Below, one piece after another: positions 12,346-25,382 of a stretch of 64,000 bases of DNA (position 1 is the first letter of the stretch; each line of letters begins with the position of its first letter). Made by a program: the position numbers and the translations under genes. The notes under the pieces were generated by a model. It did no database searches and was not told the origin of the DNA. It saw only the letters and a list, made by a program, of their open reading frames with translations. Origin of the DNA: Tetramitus jugosus (lineage: Eukaryota > Protista > Heterolobosea); NCBI GenBank assembly GCA_937625935.1, contig OW569354.1, positions 186,001 to 250,000 of the forward strand, written 5' to 3'.

Positions 12346-12512
12346 ACGTCCATGAACAGTTACAGTTATTCATTCTCGAAAATTCGAGCCAGCCCCCCAA
12401 AAATTTCTAGGCGTCATGTTGTTGTTTTCTGCGGGAGGAGTTGAGAAAGCAACCTCGCGCCATTGTTGTCTACATATCACAAGAAGACGCTCATCAGCAA
12501 CAATAATAAAAA

Positions 12513-15500
12513 ATGAGGTTGTCAATGAGACTTAAGCATACTTCCACTTCGCCTGTAACACCCTCAGACGAGAGTACGGACATATTTACTGATACAGAGG
12601 AGTTGAATGCCAAGTCATACACAACATTGAAGAGTATTGATCAAGAGGAGATTAGAACTGATCAATGGCCTTTGATTCTATTATTTAAGGATACACAGCT
12701 CGAAAAGGAGTTTGCAGACTATTACTATGTGAAATATGCTGATAGATGGTGGAAACGGTTTCTTCAGTTGCGTCTCTCTCTATTTTTCCTGACTTTTGGT
12801 ATGTCGGTCTCGTTTGTGAACAACGAAGAGGTACTTTTTCTAACTCTTCCTATGTCTACCTCAGTGTACACTGCTTATGTGTATTGGGACTTAACACAGT
12901 ATGGCTTTGTGACCTTTCATGTTGCCCTGAGGTTGGCAACAGCAGCGCTGATGATGATAATTAACCTGCTCACGCTCATCACTCCACTCATGGAGAGGGG
13001 AAACGGATATTTGATTGACATTTTGTCGTGTGTATTTTTAATGGTTGCTTTGGTGCCTTCTGGTTTGAAGAGTGTGATTAGTCATAAATTTGGAGATGGT
13101 ATGTGCGAAAATAGTTGTTCAGCAAATTTTATGTGAAACATATCATGAAACTAACCACCCTTGATGAACAGAGTATCCTGTGGGATTTCCAGTGACTATT
13201 GCTGTTGGCTTCATTGTCAAAAATTTAAGAATCTATATTATGTTTCCTGTGGCCATCGCAGTGTTTCTGACTTATGTAGCTACTTTTGTGATTCTGATTG
13301 GGAATCAATTCCTCAGATTCTCGTTGCGATATCCAGTATATTGGGCGGTAAGTATATTTATGTATGAAACTTTCTACACATTCCAATATTAACCCAAGGG
13401 AATGATCAGGTGATTCTCTTCTTCAATATTATTGGCTACTTAATTATCTACTCTGTTGAGAACTTTCTTCGAAAACAGTTTGTAGAAAGAAAGAGATTGC
13501 AGAATGAACAAAATAGAGCTGTCCTTGAAAATAAGCGAAGTGAACAACTACTTCAGAATATTTTACCGGCTCATTTGATACCTCAGATCAAAAATTTTCT
13601 CATGAGACCACCAAGTCCATTGTCAGAGTGCATTGTGATGGATAAGAGAGAGAATTGTTCAGTGCTCTTTTCTGATATTGTATCCTTTACAGCATATTCC
13701 AGTACTACGCCGGCGCATGAAATTGTGTTTATGTTGAATAGTCAATTCTCTCACTTTGATTCATTATCAAGCAAGTATCGTCTAGAAAAAGTCAAAACAA
13801 TCGGTGATGCCTACTTTGCTGTTGGTAACCTGAAGGGAGACCACGAGGAGCACAGAGAAGCGATATGTGATATGGCCTGTGGAATGATACGCTACATTGA
13901 GAAAACAAACAGAAAGTATGGGTGGAATTTTAGAATTCGAATAGGTCTTTCATCTGGAACCATTTTCGCAGGTGTATTGGGAAACAAAAAATTTACTTTT
14001 GATTGCTTTGGACCTACCATCGTTCTTGCTCATGAAATGGAAGCTGCCTCATTGCCTGGATGTGTGCATGTGACAAAAGATATAAGACAGCAAGCTAGCC
14101 ACTCTCATTTATTCTATGACCGTGGGCAAAATGATATCCCACCTTTTGGATCCATGCATACGTACATTCTCCTCGGAAGGAAGGGATCTTCTTCCATTAT
14201 GGACGAAAAATTGATTATGGAAGGCACTGGAAGTGGTTGTCATACATCTATTCCTCGTCATATCTCATTGTCTACTGCAACATCCACACAATCGATGTTT
14301 GCAGAAACTCCATCAGAAGTCCACGAAAATTCTCCTCTCGATCCAGATAGAGCCTTATCAGGGACGCTGACCAATCCTGATCAAACGACAGACACTGATA
14401 CTTCACCTCCCTCGGCAAGGCAAACTCTAGATCCTTTGGCTTACCATGTTTTTTTCAACTTTTTCAAGTCTTTCGCAATTGAAAAAGAATACACCCTTGA
14501 GAGTTACAAGAGAGGAAAAAACAGTGTGCGTGGAACTATAGTTGTAATTGCGATGATTAATTTATTTTGTATTACGAACTTGGTCGGAATACACCCGGAT
14601 CAAAGTGCTTCTGCGACTGCCATTATCACCTATGTATTCTTTGCTTTGCAGCTTCTGGCTTTAATTATTCTATTGACACCACTAGGCAACTATGCTCTGA
14701 CAGGACTTGTTGTCTCCATATCTTCTATGCTAAGTAATTACGCAATATTTTTGAGCACGTTGTTTTCTCGAACTTTGGCCTTAGAATATTGCACAATATT
14801 TGGAATTTTATGTGTAATCGTATGTATCTAATGAACTTTATCGTGATTGAGACTTATATTTAACATACTTCAACAGGTCTTCCATATTCCTACGAACATA
14901 CCTCATCCGATCAAGTATACCCTATCATGCTCTGTGTTTTTGTATCCCATTCTCCAAGTGACAATCTATGGTGATTGGTCTGTCATAAATGTATCATTCC
15001 TCGTTGCAATGATATTACTTATGGAGTGGACAGCCTACTTTGTTGATCTCTCCTCTAGAAAAGCTTACATCTTGAGACAGAAGACACAGAAAGAACTAGA
15101 AGTTATTGCTGAGGAGCAACGAAAGAATGAAAATCTAGTGCTCTCAGCACTTCCACTAGAAATTGCTGAGAGATTGAAAAAGCAACCAGAAGCAACATAT
15201 GACTCAATCAAAGACGGTTCAGTCTGTTTCGCCAATCTTTGTGGTTTTGACGAACAACTTCGCCACAGCTCTGAAAATCCACTACCAGTTCTCAATGTTT
15301 TGAATGAGCTTTTCACCAAATTTGACGAGATTACAGCTTTCTACAAATGTTCGAAGATTAAATCGATAGGTAGCACATTTATGGTTGTGAGTGGTTGTCC
15401 CACTTACACTTCTGATCATGCGATCCGAATTACCCATCTAGCGAGAGATTTTATGAGAGCTTCAAGGGAAATATTCTCTAACAGAAGGAATACAATCCCC

Positions 15501-15791
15501 CTCATCGACATCCGTATCGGTTTGATGTGTGGTGACTTTGTGGCTGGTGTACTCGGAGAGACCAAATACCTATTCGATGTTTTTGGTAACTCTGTCAATG
15601 TAGCTGCAAGAATGAGCACAACAGGTCAGAACGGAACAATACAGAGTTGTTCTCCAATGTATGAACACTTGCACAACGTGTTCAAGCTGCAGGACCAAGG
15701 AACAGTGATGGTTAAAGGAAAGGGAGAAATGAATGTTTGGACCATTGCTTACGATGACGAAGTACCATTTGTGGAGGAAGAGACTACGTAG
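12513..15791 (+). CDS. transmembrane class III adenylyl cyclase with two catalytic domains (4 exons; introns 13099-13171, 13348-13409, 14820-14876)
   Basis: TM cluster-C1-TM cluster-C2 layout. C1 has the metal-binding Asp residues (VLFSDIV, KTIGDAY). C2 has KIKSIG and FDVFGNSVNVAARM. All three introns restore the reading frame. Confidence 0.9.
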
Positions 15792-15976
15792 GAGTTCTCA
15801 TCATTCTTCCATTGATTTGGCTCAACTTTTTCCCTCCCTGCACCAGTGGTGGATAATATGGATATCTCGTGACTCCCGAAAGAGTTTCTTATTACGCGAA
15901 ACTGACTGGGTTTATCCATGCTGGGATAAACAACCGGCTGGCGGATGAGCGAACCAAAAAATCAATAAAAAGCAAC

Positions 15977-17107
15977 ATGAGCACCACACCCACTACATCC
16001 AACACAAACACAACCACAACAACCAGTATGAGTGCACAACCAATCATGATATCGAGTACAGTCTCGACAACAACGAACGAAATCAAACCAGCCGCACCAA
16101 AGAATCGTATTTTGGCTTTGATGAGTGCAGGTATGTGTCATGTGTGAAATGTGTGTTAAAAGGATCATGAATAGTTGGCTGACATCTGCTTTTTTTTTGC
16201 TTTGACTTTGGTAGGATCAATCTCAGGCACCATCTCTGCCGTAGCTACACAACCATTTGATGTCATCAAGACAAACATGATCAACAAAACAGGAACATCA
16301 GCCAATGCAAGCATGCTCAAAACAAGTAAATTCATATATAACAGTCATGGATTGACTGGCCTTTGGAGAGGCACTGTGCCCACTATTTATCGTGTGCTTC
16401 CTGGTGCCGCCATTTATTTTAGCATGTTGGACACTGTGTCGCACGTTGTAAAATCGACCCAAAACAAACACACAATCGAACACTACAAGCATACAAACGC
16501 GGAAAATTTTACGATTGGCTTTTTGGCGCGAACCATTGCCAGCACAATCATGTGTCCGATTACGGTGCTAAAGACGAGGTTCGAGCTCTCCACAAACACC
16601 AATGTAAATATGTTGAAGAGCTTGAGTGGCATTTATAGAAATGAGGGTATCAGGGGACTGTTCTCTGGTTTGCTGCCAACTCTTGGAAGAGATGCACCCT
16701 ATGCTGGTATCTCCTATCTGTGCTTTAGACAATTGCAGGGCATTCTATCCACATTTAATCAACACAGTTCCATTGACTTTGGCTCGTTGATTGATCCAAT
16801 TTCAGGTGGTGCTTCTGGTGTGCTCGGCACAATGATCACCTATCCATTTGATGTTGTTCGTACGCGGTTACAACTTCAAGTGAGAACAGTCGGTGTGGGA
16901 GGCTCTGTTGGTTATGTCGCACCAGCACCAGGTGTCATTTCCGTTTTTAAGACAATGATCCAAAGTGAGGGATATTCCTCATTGTTCCGAGGTGCTGTTC
17001 CTCGGTTATGCAAGAGAAGTGTGGCTTCTGCCATTTCATGGAGCATTTACGAATTCAGTGTGGGGGGTTCAGAAAAGAAAAAGAGGGTTTCAAACAATAA
17101 TAGTTAA
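15977..17107 (+). CDS. SLC25A38: mitochondrial carrier, SLC25A38/Hem25-like glycine carrier (intron 16131-16214)
   Basis: Three PxDxxKT-type repeats (QPFDVIKT, CPITVLKTRFE, YPFDVVRTR), GLWRGTVPT and RDAPYAG. Confidence 0.8.
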
Positions 17108-17216
17108 TTCAACAACAACGACAACATTTACATGCACAACCAATTCATTTTTTCTGCATTCCATTGTATTCACTTTAAAACTCCGTTCTAGGAAACAAAA
17201 AACTTGGCGCCAAAAA

Positions 17217-17645
17217 ATGTTAGAAGTCGATTATTTGAGAGTATGGTTGGTGATCATTGCCCTGGGTCGCCTCTATTCCATTTGGATGGGTTACAAGAAC
17301 TCTGGTCAAATTCACTATCGAATCTACCCACAACAGAAGCCTCAACAGATCACTCCTCTGTTTGGTCGCTTGTTTGCCACATGGACATCCACTTCCATTT
17401 GTCTCACTCTCTTCTTAGCTTACAACCCATATAACTGGGAACTCTACTTGCTGAATATCATTGTGTTTTTGGGTGCTGTTCTGACTCATTTCATGCTTGA
17501 ATGGTTCGTTTATCGCACTGGATCTCTCACGAACACAATTATGATTTTCTTCATTGCTGGCGTCACTGGTTTCTACATGATTTTGAGAGTTTGGCTTGGG
17601 TGGGCTCAATTCGATCGTGTCATTCCACCACCACATCTCAAGTAG
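17217..17645 (+). CDS. ERG28: ergosterol biosynthesis protein 28
   Basis: ITPLFGRLFATWT, AYNPYNWELY and THFMLEWFVYRT match the Erg28 signature. Confidence 0.85.
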   Translation: MLEVDYLRVWLVIIALGRLYSIWMGYKNSGQIHYRIYPQQKPQQITPLFGRLFATWTSTSICLTLFLAYNPYNWELYLLNIIVFLGAVLTHFMLEWFVYRTGSLTNTIMIFFIAGVTGFYMILRVWLGWAQFDRVIPPPHLK

Positions 17646-17786
17646 GCTCTGGTAGAGCTAACAACAAAGAGTGGCCACCAGTGAGGAGCTCCTTGTCATA
17701 AAAACCTATTTTTTCCTTCTCTTGTCGAACAACACAAAAATCAAACAACAACAAGAACAAAAAGAACAAAAAGCACAATAGATAAG

Positions 17787-18782
17787 ATGATGGATCAAGA
17801 ACCAGATCACACGAGCATTGATCTTGAGTTTCAAGATTTTCCATCCACTACAACGACAACCACCACCGCTGCCAACATCAATGATGATGACACATTCTTG
17901 GACAATCAACCATTGATGATGATGAATGACAACATGAATAGTAACACATCAAACAATGACAATGAACCATCAAACAGTAACAATAACAACAACAACAACA
18001 ATTCACAACATGGCAATCCAAATGCTTCTCTCTGGTCCATCGAGTATTATCAAACGTTTTTTGATATTACGACGAGTGAAGTGTTGAATCGCATTCAAAA
18101 ATCATTTACTTTTCCACTCTGGATCAACAACAAGAATGATTATTTTACCAAATATTTGAGATTGAGTGTGCATGGAGCAGATATTTGGGGACCATTCTGG
18201 ATTGTTACAACGTTGATTGTGTTGTTGGTCATTACGAGTAACATTGGTGGTGTGTTTAGTGTGAATCAACTCGTGTCTGAAGTGACCAAACAACAAATGT
18301 TGGCGAATAATGGAACGTCGTCAGTGTTGGGTGATCGATCATTGGCGCAGTGGACTGCTGATTTCTCCATTGTTTCCATGGGTGCAACCATTTTGTACAG
18401 TTATTTGATTTTGGCACCGATGGCACTGTATTTTGTAATGCGATGGAAGGGTATGGATGAGACATCGATTGTAGAGCTGTGGTGTCTATTTGGTTATGCA
18501 CTGGTGATTGTGGTTCCGGCTGCTGTGATTTGTGTGTTGAATTACGGGTGGATTAGATGGTTGGCCATTTTGATATCGTTTGCTTATTCTGGTGGATTCT
18601 TGTTGGCCAATTTGATTCCACTGTGGCGTGGTGTGCTGTTGTTGGGTGATGGAACGAATAAGCCACCTGCCGACGGTCATTTGTACATGCTTGGATTGAT
18701 TGCCTATGTCGCGTTGCTTCAGCTCATCATGGCAATCTTTATTCGATTATACTTTTATACATATCACATTACGGTAAAGTAA
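17787..18782 (+). CDS. Yip1-domain protein (YIPF1/2-like)
   Basis: WSIEYYQTFFDITTSEVLNRI, ADIWGPFWIVTTLI, ELWCLFGYAL; about 5 TM segments. Confidence 0.88.
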   Translation: MMDQEPDHTSIDLEFQDFPSTTTTTTTAANINDDDTFLDNQPLMMMNDNMNSNTSNNDNEPSNSNNNNNNNNSQHGNPNASLWSIEYYQTFFDITTSEVLNRIQKSFTFPLWINNKNDYFTKYLRLSVHGADIWGPFWIVTTLIVLLVITSNIGGVFSVNQLVSEVTKQQMLANNGTSSVLGDRSLAQWTADFSIVSMGATILYSYLILAPMALYFVMRWKGMDETSIVELWCLFGYALVIVVPAAVICVLNYGWIRWLAILISFAYSGGFLLANLIPLWRGVLLLGDGTNKPPADGHLYMLGLIAYVALLQLIMAIFIRLYFYTYHITVK

Positions 18783-18824
18783 ATGGAAGATTACCATAAT
18801 GATAATAATAAATACATGTTGAAT

Positions 18825-20895
18825 TTACTTCATTGCTTGCTTGACAAACTCAAATGCATCCTTCTCTTCTTTCTTGGGCTCGGGAGTGCTGACAAAATCG
18901 CTCAAGTTTGGATTAATTTTAAGCGGTGCTCTGTTGTTGTTGTTGAATCCATGGTTGTTCATTGGTGCTGGACGTGTGTTGGTATTCACAGGGATAGTTG
19001 TTGTGTTATCTGGGAAAAGAGACGACACTTGGTGAGTCACTGAGAATGTGCTAGTGCCAAAGAAATCGTCCAATGAGTTTTGACTTGAAGAGCTCGACGT
19101 AGTTGGTACAGGTGCCTTCTTCACAATCTGTTTCTGCTTGGTTGCTGGGGTAGACTTAATGTCCATTGACTCAAACATGTTACCAAGATCGTTCGTTTCA
19201 TTGCTTGCCGAGACTGAAGTGGATTGACTATTTACATCATCATCAAATGGATCCAACAGATTTACGCTTCTCTTGGCTGATTTTGAAGTTTTTGTTGACT
19301 GGTTTCCTCCATTGGTTGAAACACCAAAATCCATTTCGGTCGGTTCAAAGTCAATCACATGTTTCTTTCGGTCTCTTGATTGTTTCTTCAATGTTGTTAC
19401 ATCCTCTTCAATATAATCTTCTGAGCCAGCTCCTGATAATACATTTAATACTTTTCTGGCCTTCACTTGCAAAGGTTCATGCGTAGATTCTGTTTGATCT
19501 TCAATGATATCAATGTTATCATTGAAATAATCAATAACTGTCTCGTTGTCAGCACGCACTAACCCTTCAAGTGCATAGAGTGCCTTCAATCTAACTTGCC
19601 ACTTATCATCATTCAGTTTCTGATTCAATGCCTTTGCAATGTATTGTCCATTGACACCAGCACATCGACCACAGAACGCAGTTAACTCCTGTCTCGTCGG
19701 TTGAAGCTTCACTTTCGAATAGGCAGTAAAATCACCGACAATCTTCTTCTCGATATATCCGGATGAGTCACCCTTTTCAGATGGTGAACTTTTGCTTGTA
19801 CTCTTTGCTTTTTTGCTACTGCCGTTACCGGTACTATGATTTGAGTTTTTGCTTCTGTGATCACTCTCTTCCTCCTCTTCACTGCTACTGTCCCAGTGTG
19901 CACCACCACTTCCACTATTGAACCCTCCTCCCATGTTACGACTACGACCACTATCCTCTACTGCTGGTGATTGATAACCACCACCAAATGAATTTTGTTC
20001 ATGCTCCACTTCCCAATGACCCATCAAACCATCAGCAGGCTTCGATTTTTTCTTTGTCGTGAGCAAACCACTTGCAATGCCAGTCACTGTCGACAAGTAT
20101 CCCTTCTTTCCTGCATTTTCCGACTGTGAACCAGTTGGCTTATAAGGCTGTGATCCAAATCCTACATACTTTGAATTGGTGGAACTGCCAATACCACCTC
20201 CACTGCCACCCATCGAAGAACTGCCATTGCCGCCTCCGTAATTGACAGAGGACGATGAATCGTTTCCACCTTCAATACCAGCGAACCGATTGTGATCATT
20301 GTTTCCCCATCCACCCGTGCTCATATTTCCTCCCATGGCTGCTCGGCTCGATTGTTCAGTTCTCTCAAAAATGGCATCAATTGCATCAGTGGTCGCTTGT
20401 CTCACAGCCTGATTCAACGCATCACCGTGCAATGGATCCATTGGACCTCTAAAGTCTAATCAATCAACAACAATGATAACAATGGCAATAATGACAACAA
20501 TCATCACACAATCACAAGTAAAAAAACAGAGAGCAAACAAGGACAAAATGACAAAATCATAGGAGTGAGTGTCTATTGCGCGCACACACATACACATTAC
20601 AAAAACATATCTTGTGACCACACATACTCGCATTCTTTTTAATTTCTTCACTCTGACGAATGATTTGACGTGCAAATTCAGGGTCACCAGAAGTTGCCAC
20701 ACTACGTATAATATTCAAACACTTCTTTTTTGTTCTTGGTGATTTGGATGAGTTGAGACGATGAACCAACCATTGCACAACGTCGTCTGAAGCTTTTGGT
20801 GAAGCTTTGGTCATGTTGGCGATAGCTTTGAACATCCATGCAGCACATGGTTCATCATTGTCCAACGTAGCCTTTTGCAAAACGCTCTTGTCCAT
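18825..20895 (-). CDS. TEPSIN: AP-4 accessory subunit tepsin (ENTH + VHS-like; intron 20456-20627)
   Basis: LQKATLDNDEPC at the N-terminus. Splicing gives NFRGPMDPLHGDALNQAVR. Second domain contains WQVRLKALYALE. Confidence 0.82.
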
Positions 20896-21125
20896 TTGTG
20901 TGAGATAATTTGAGTTGTTTGTTGTTCGCTTGGTTGGAAGCTGCTGAAATTCCGGTATTTATCGGGGAGATTAGTTTTCGCCGCTGGGTCTTTGCATGTT
21001 CAAGCTTGTAAAGTGTTTCAATCATTTGGATTATCCGCTCAGTCTATTATCCCTCACGTCTCACACCGACACCAAAAAAATCAGAAAACAACAACAACTC
21101 TTGAATTACATCTATTTGTGTGAAA

Positions 21126-22886
21126 ATGATGATCTCGCGAAGCAGCAGACGAATCACTCAAGCCACCACCAGGCATTTGATGAACAACAACATTCAAAGA
21201 TCTTCAATGCACAGCGTTAAATCATTTAGCAGTGTGACTGCTGCTGAGAAGAAGGCGAACATTTTGAATGGTGCTGTTGACACCAATTGCGAAGAATACA
21301 AGATCAATTTTGAGCACAACACTAATGTCATCAAGGAATTGAAGGACACGATTGAACAGATTCGATTGGGAGGTGGTCAGAAGGCTCGTGACCTTCACAT
21401 TCAAAGAAAGAAGCTATTGCCTCGTGACAGAATTAATGAATTGATTGATCCTGGCACGTCATTCCTCGAATTTTCTCAGTTGGCTGGTTATGAGTTGTAC
21501 GGAAAGGACAAGGTTCCAGCAGGTGGTATCATCACTGGTATCGGTACAATTCACGGTCAACAATGTGTCATTGTTGCAAATGATGCAACTGTGAAGGGTG
21601 GTACTTACTATCCAATTACTGTCAAGAAGCACTTGCGTGCTCAAGACATTGCCATGCAAAATAGATTGCCTTGCATTTATATTGCTGACTCTGGTGGTGC
21701 CAATTTGGAACATCAAGCTGAAGTGTTCCCTGATAAGCTTCACTTTGGACGTATCTTTTTCAATCAAGCTACAATGAGTGCCAACGGTATTCCACAGATT
21801 GCTGTCGTTATGGGCAAGTGTACTGCTGGAGGTGCCTATGTGCCTGCCATGGCTGATGAGAGCATTATTGTCAAGGATAATGGTACTATTTATTTGGGTG
21901 GACCTCCTCTGGTAAAGGCTGCTACTGGAGAAATTGTGACAGATGAGGAATTGGGTGGTGCAGATGTTCATTGCAGACAATCCGGAGTGACTGATCATTA
22001 CGCAAACGACGAACACCATGCATTGTACTTGTGTAGAAGAATTGTCGCCAATTTGAATATGCCTCAATACAACTTGGACCGTAAGATAAATATGCTAAAC
22101 TTGGCTGATGTTGAAGAGCCAAGATTTAGTGCTGATGAAATCCCAGGTATCTTACCAAAGGACACTAAGAAAACTTTTGATGTCAGAAAGATCATTGCCC
22201 GTATTGTCGATGGAAGTCGATTTGATGAATTTAAGGCATTGTACGGAACTACTTTGGTCACCGGTTTTGCCAAGATTTATGGTCAACCTGTTGGTATTAT
22301 TGCCAACAATGGTATCTTGTTCAGCGAGAGTGCTCTCAAGGCAGCTCATTTCATTGAACTCTGTACTCAACGAGCTATTCCTTTGGTTTTCTTGCAAAAT
22401 ATTACTGGCTTCATGGTTGGTAAGGCCTATGAGACTGGAGGTATTGCAAAGGCAGGTGCAAAGATGGTGATGGCTGTTTCCAATGCCCAAGTTCCAAAGT
22501 TCACTGTTTTGATTGGTGGTAGTTTTGGGGCAGGTAACTATGGTATGTGTGGTCGTGCCTACGATCCTCGATTCCTGTACATGTGGCCAAACTCTAGAAT
22601 CTCTGTCATGGGTGGTGAACAAGCAGCTTCTGTCTTGACTCAAGTTAAACACGAAGGTATGAAGAAGGTTGGAAAGGAATGGCCTCAAGAAGAGCTCGAA
22701 AAGTACCAACAAGGACTCAGAGACAAATACGAGCACGAAGGATCTCCATATTACAGCAGTGCTCGCTTGTGGGACGACGGTGTCATTGACCCAGCTCAAA
22801 CCAGACAAGTTCTTGGTCTGTCACTTGCTGCAACCAACAATGCCCCAACCACATCCCCCACACAATTCGGTGTGTTTAGAATGTAA
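21126..22886 (+). CDS. MCCC2: methylcrotonyl-CoA carboxylase beta subunit, mitochondrial
   Basis: [52 protein letters not shown] and FGVFRM C-terminus; N-terminal presequence. Confidence 0.96.
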   Translation: MMISRSSRRITQATTRHLMNNNIQRSSMHSVKSFSSVTAAEKKANILNGAVDTNCEEYKINFEHNTNVIKELKDTIEQIRLGGGQKARDLHIQRKKLLPRDRINELIDPGTSFLEFSQLAGYELYGKDKVPAGGIITGIGTIHGQQCVIVANDATVKGGTYYPITVKKHLRAQDIAMQNRLPCIYIADSGGANLEHQAEVFPDKLHFGRIFFNQATMSANGIPQIAVVMGKCTAGGAYVPAMADESIIVKDNGTIYLGGPPLVKAATGEIVTDEELGGADVHCRQSGVTDHYANDEHHALYLCRRIVANLNMPQYNLDRKINMLNLADVEEPRFSADEIPGILPKDTKKTFDVRKIIARIVDGSRFDEFKALYGTTLVTGFAKIYGQPVGIIANNGILFSESALKAAHFIELCTQRAIPLVFLQNITGFMVGKAYETGGIAKAGAKMVMAVSNAQVPKFTVLIGGSFGAGNYGMCGRAYDPRFLYMWPNSRISVMGGEQAASVLTQVKHEGMKKVGKEWPQEELEKYQQGLRDKYEHEGSPYYSSARLWDDGVIDPAQTRQVLGLSLAATNNAPTTSPTQFGVFRM

Positions 22887-23184
22887 TCTGATTTTGGTCT
22901 CCATATGTATCTTTGTCCATGTCTTAGAATATTCTACAAAGGCTTATTTCTCCGTATGCGGTATCGTCCTTGCGACCCTCGAAAAAATCTCGCTCAAAAA
23001 AACACGAAAAATTCCTTCTCGAACCAAAAACACAAGTCTGCTTTTGAGCTACCTCACAAGAAAATCTCCATTATTGAAACCAACAACACAAGAAGATACA
23101 ATCATTCACAAACGCAAAAAAAACACCTCTTAAAGAACTTACTGCCGAACTTTTCAAACACCACATTCATCCATCCATTGCTAC

Positions 23185-25374
23185 ATGCCTCAAACACAAC
23201 CACACCCAACACCACCGCACCACCATCAACCTTCGCTGCAACCCTCCCCCGCCGCAGCCGCATCCTCTAGCTTTCATCAACAATTGTCACAATTGTTCAC
23301 ACCACCAGCACCACCCGCAACATCAACACTTTCACAGCTACAACAACAACAACAACAGCTGTCGCAACAACAACCAGTAGCTCAATATCCAATGTCTACC
23401 ACCACCAATAACAATAACAACAATAACAACAATAATAATAATGCGAGTGATGATTTGATGAAATGGATGATGATTCGACTCATGGGTGACCAAATGGTCA
23501 GTAGCTCACCTCATCATCTCAACAATATCAACAGTAACACAGTGAGTGACATTAGCTCTACTGTGAATACACTCACCAACAATCATAACAACCAATCAAT
23601 CGGTAGTAGTAGCAGTATGATCAATAACTATAATTATAACAACAATATCAATCATAGTAGTGATGAATGTGATGGTGACTCAACAGACAATGACGAAGAT
23701 TGTCATCATCACAATGACAAGAACAGACAACAACAACTACAACAGAATCAACAAAATCAAGATTTACATACACCAAAGATTCGTAAACAATATACAATGC
23801 AGAGAAGACGTGAAAAGTGGACCATGGAGGAACATGAGCTATTTATTCAGGGTATTGAACAGTATGGAAGGAATTGGGAGAGTGTGGAACAAGTTGTGGG
23901 ATCCAAGACCCGAAAACAAATTCGTTCTCACGCTCAAAAGTACTTTGAAAAGTTGAAAAAGGAGGGAGGAGTGTTTCCACCTCCACGTGCCAAGAAACGA
24001 TCACAGAATCCTTATCCTAAGCATACGTCGTCGTCGACAACGTTGAACACGATGACAACAACAACTGCCTCGATGTCTTGTTCTTCTTCTGCTGCTGCTG
24101 CCTCTTCTTCGACGACAAGCAGTGCAGCAGAAATGGGAGTTGAGAGCAGTGCAAAGGAAACCAATGCACCGCCTGTATTGAAAGAGGAATCAGGCGCGGC
24201 AAAAAATACGTATTCCACACTGATGAATGAGAGCTTCTTGGACGATCATTTCCTCACGAGTCCAGAGTATGTGAAGCCCAGTGATCCTGGATTATCACTC
24301 AATCAGTCACGCGTCAATATTCCCGGACTGTTTTCATTCTTTAATCAATTGATGATGCCATCGATTGCTACGACGACACGAGGATCCACTATCCATCATC
24401 ATCATCATCAGACAGGACAACCATCGTTTAACAATATTGCAAACAAGTTTGATTCATTGAAGGAAGATGACAAGAAGCAATTGAAGATGGTGTTGCACAA
24501 TTTGGCAGTCGTCATGTTCGAAGATCAGAAACAACGCTGCAAACCAGAGCAGCAGAGTCAGAGTCCTGATCAAGAAAACAACGAGATGGACAATGCTCTC
24601 ATTGATCAAGTCATGTGTGACGATGACAGTGATGAAGCAGCAGAGGGTGATCAACCATCGTCGCCACAAATCTGCACAGAAGCCGTTCAAGAAGAAAACA
24701 CACTAGACAACTTTTTGTGCTCCAGCAATACCAAAGACATTGTAGATGATGACATGTTTCGATTCACTTCAGGTGGATCATTGCCATCATCGTCTGAGAC
24801 TCCAATGACGAAACCAGATAATAACAACATGTATCTGTCATCAGAGTCCATGTACAATCGATTCTATGAGAATGCGAATGTGAATTCTCTGTTGCCGAAT
24901 GATATCACTTTCTCACATCCGCAACGACCTCCATTCCAAGGCGTTTATCCAATGTCAAATTGGATGAACCAGCAATTGCAACAACAACAACAGTCACAAC
25001 AACAGCAACAACAAGCATTAGATAGTTTGCGTGACATTGATCAAATCAATTGTTACTTTGGTAACAACAACATGAACAATCAAGCTCAATTAACATATGC
25101 GTCGCTGTTTGCATCTGCAAGGGAAAGGGAGACAGCCACGGCAATGGGGGGAATGAATAATGCTGTGGCTGCAGTGAACCCATACATGTCGACGTCGATG
25201 CCTGGAGTTGGCTTCTTGAATCCTGAGGCTGTTAGACTGACAAATCCTTGCAGTTTTAACTCTTTTGTGCCTGTTCATGGTACTGTTGTACCACTCGAAG
25301 CCAGAGAACCAACACACAGGGCCAAGGTTGAACTATTCTACTCATTGATGCAAAACAATAATCCTAACCAATAA
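23185..25374 (+). CDS. single-repeat SHAQKYF Myb transcription factor (LHY/CCA1/REVEILLE-like)
   Basis: KIRKQYTMQRRREKWTMEEH...QIRSHAQKYF followed by PPPRAKKRSQNPYPK. Confidence 0.88.
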   Translation: MPQTQPHPTPPHHHQPSLQPSPAAAASSSFHQQLSQLFTPPAPPATSTLSQLQQQQQQLSQQQPVAQYPMSTTTNNNNNNNNNNNNASDDLMKWMMIRLMGDQMVSSSPHHLNNINSNTVSDISSTVNTLTNNHNNQSIGSSSSMINNYNYNNNINHSSDECDGDSTDNDEDCHHHNDKNRQQQLQQNQQNQDLHTPKIRKQYTMQRRREKWTMEEHELFIQGIEQYGRNWESVEQVVGSKTRKQIRSHAQKYFEKLKKEGGVFPPPRAKKRSQNPYPKHTSSSTTLNTMTTTTASMSCSSSAAAASSSTTSSAAEMGVESSAKETNAPPVLKEESGAAKNTYSTLMNESFLDDHFLTSPEYVKPSDPGLSLNQSRVNIPGLFSFFNQLMMPSIATTTRGSTIHHHHHQTGQPSFNNIANKFDSLKEDDKKQLKMVLHNLAVVMFEDQKQRCKPEQQSQSPDQENNEMDNALIDQVMCDDDSDEAAEGDQPSSPQICTEAVQEENTLDNFLCSSNTKDIVDDDMFRFTSGGSLPSSSETPMTKPDNNNMYLSSESMYNRFYENANVNSLLPNDITFSHPQRPPFQGVYPMSNWMNQQLQQQQQSQQQQQQALDSLRDIDQINCYFGNNNMNNQAQLTYASLFASARERETATAMGGMNNAVAAVNPYMSTSMPGVGFLNPEAVRLTNPCSFNSFVPVHGTVVPLEAREPTHRAKVELFYSLMQNNNPNQ

Positions 25375-25382
25375 AGTCCAGT

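Noticed and set aside
21459-22808. Long antisense ORFs opposite MCCB (similar ones opposite RPL26 and RNase T2)
   Set aside because: Shadow ORFs caused by codon bias in highly expressed genes.
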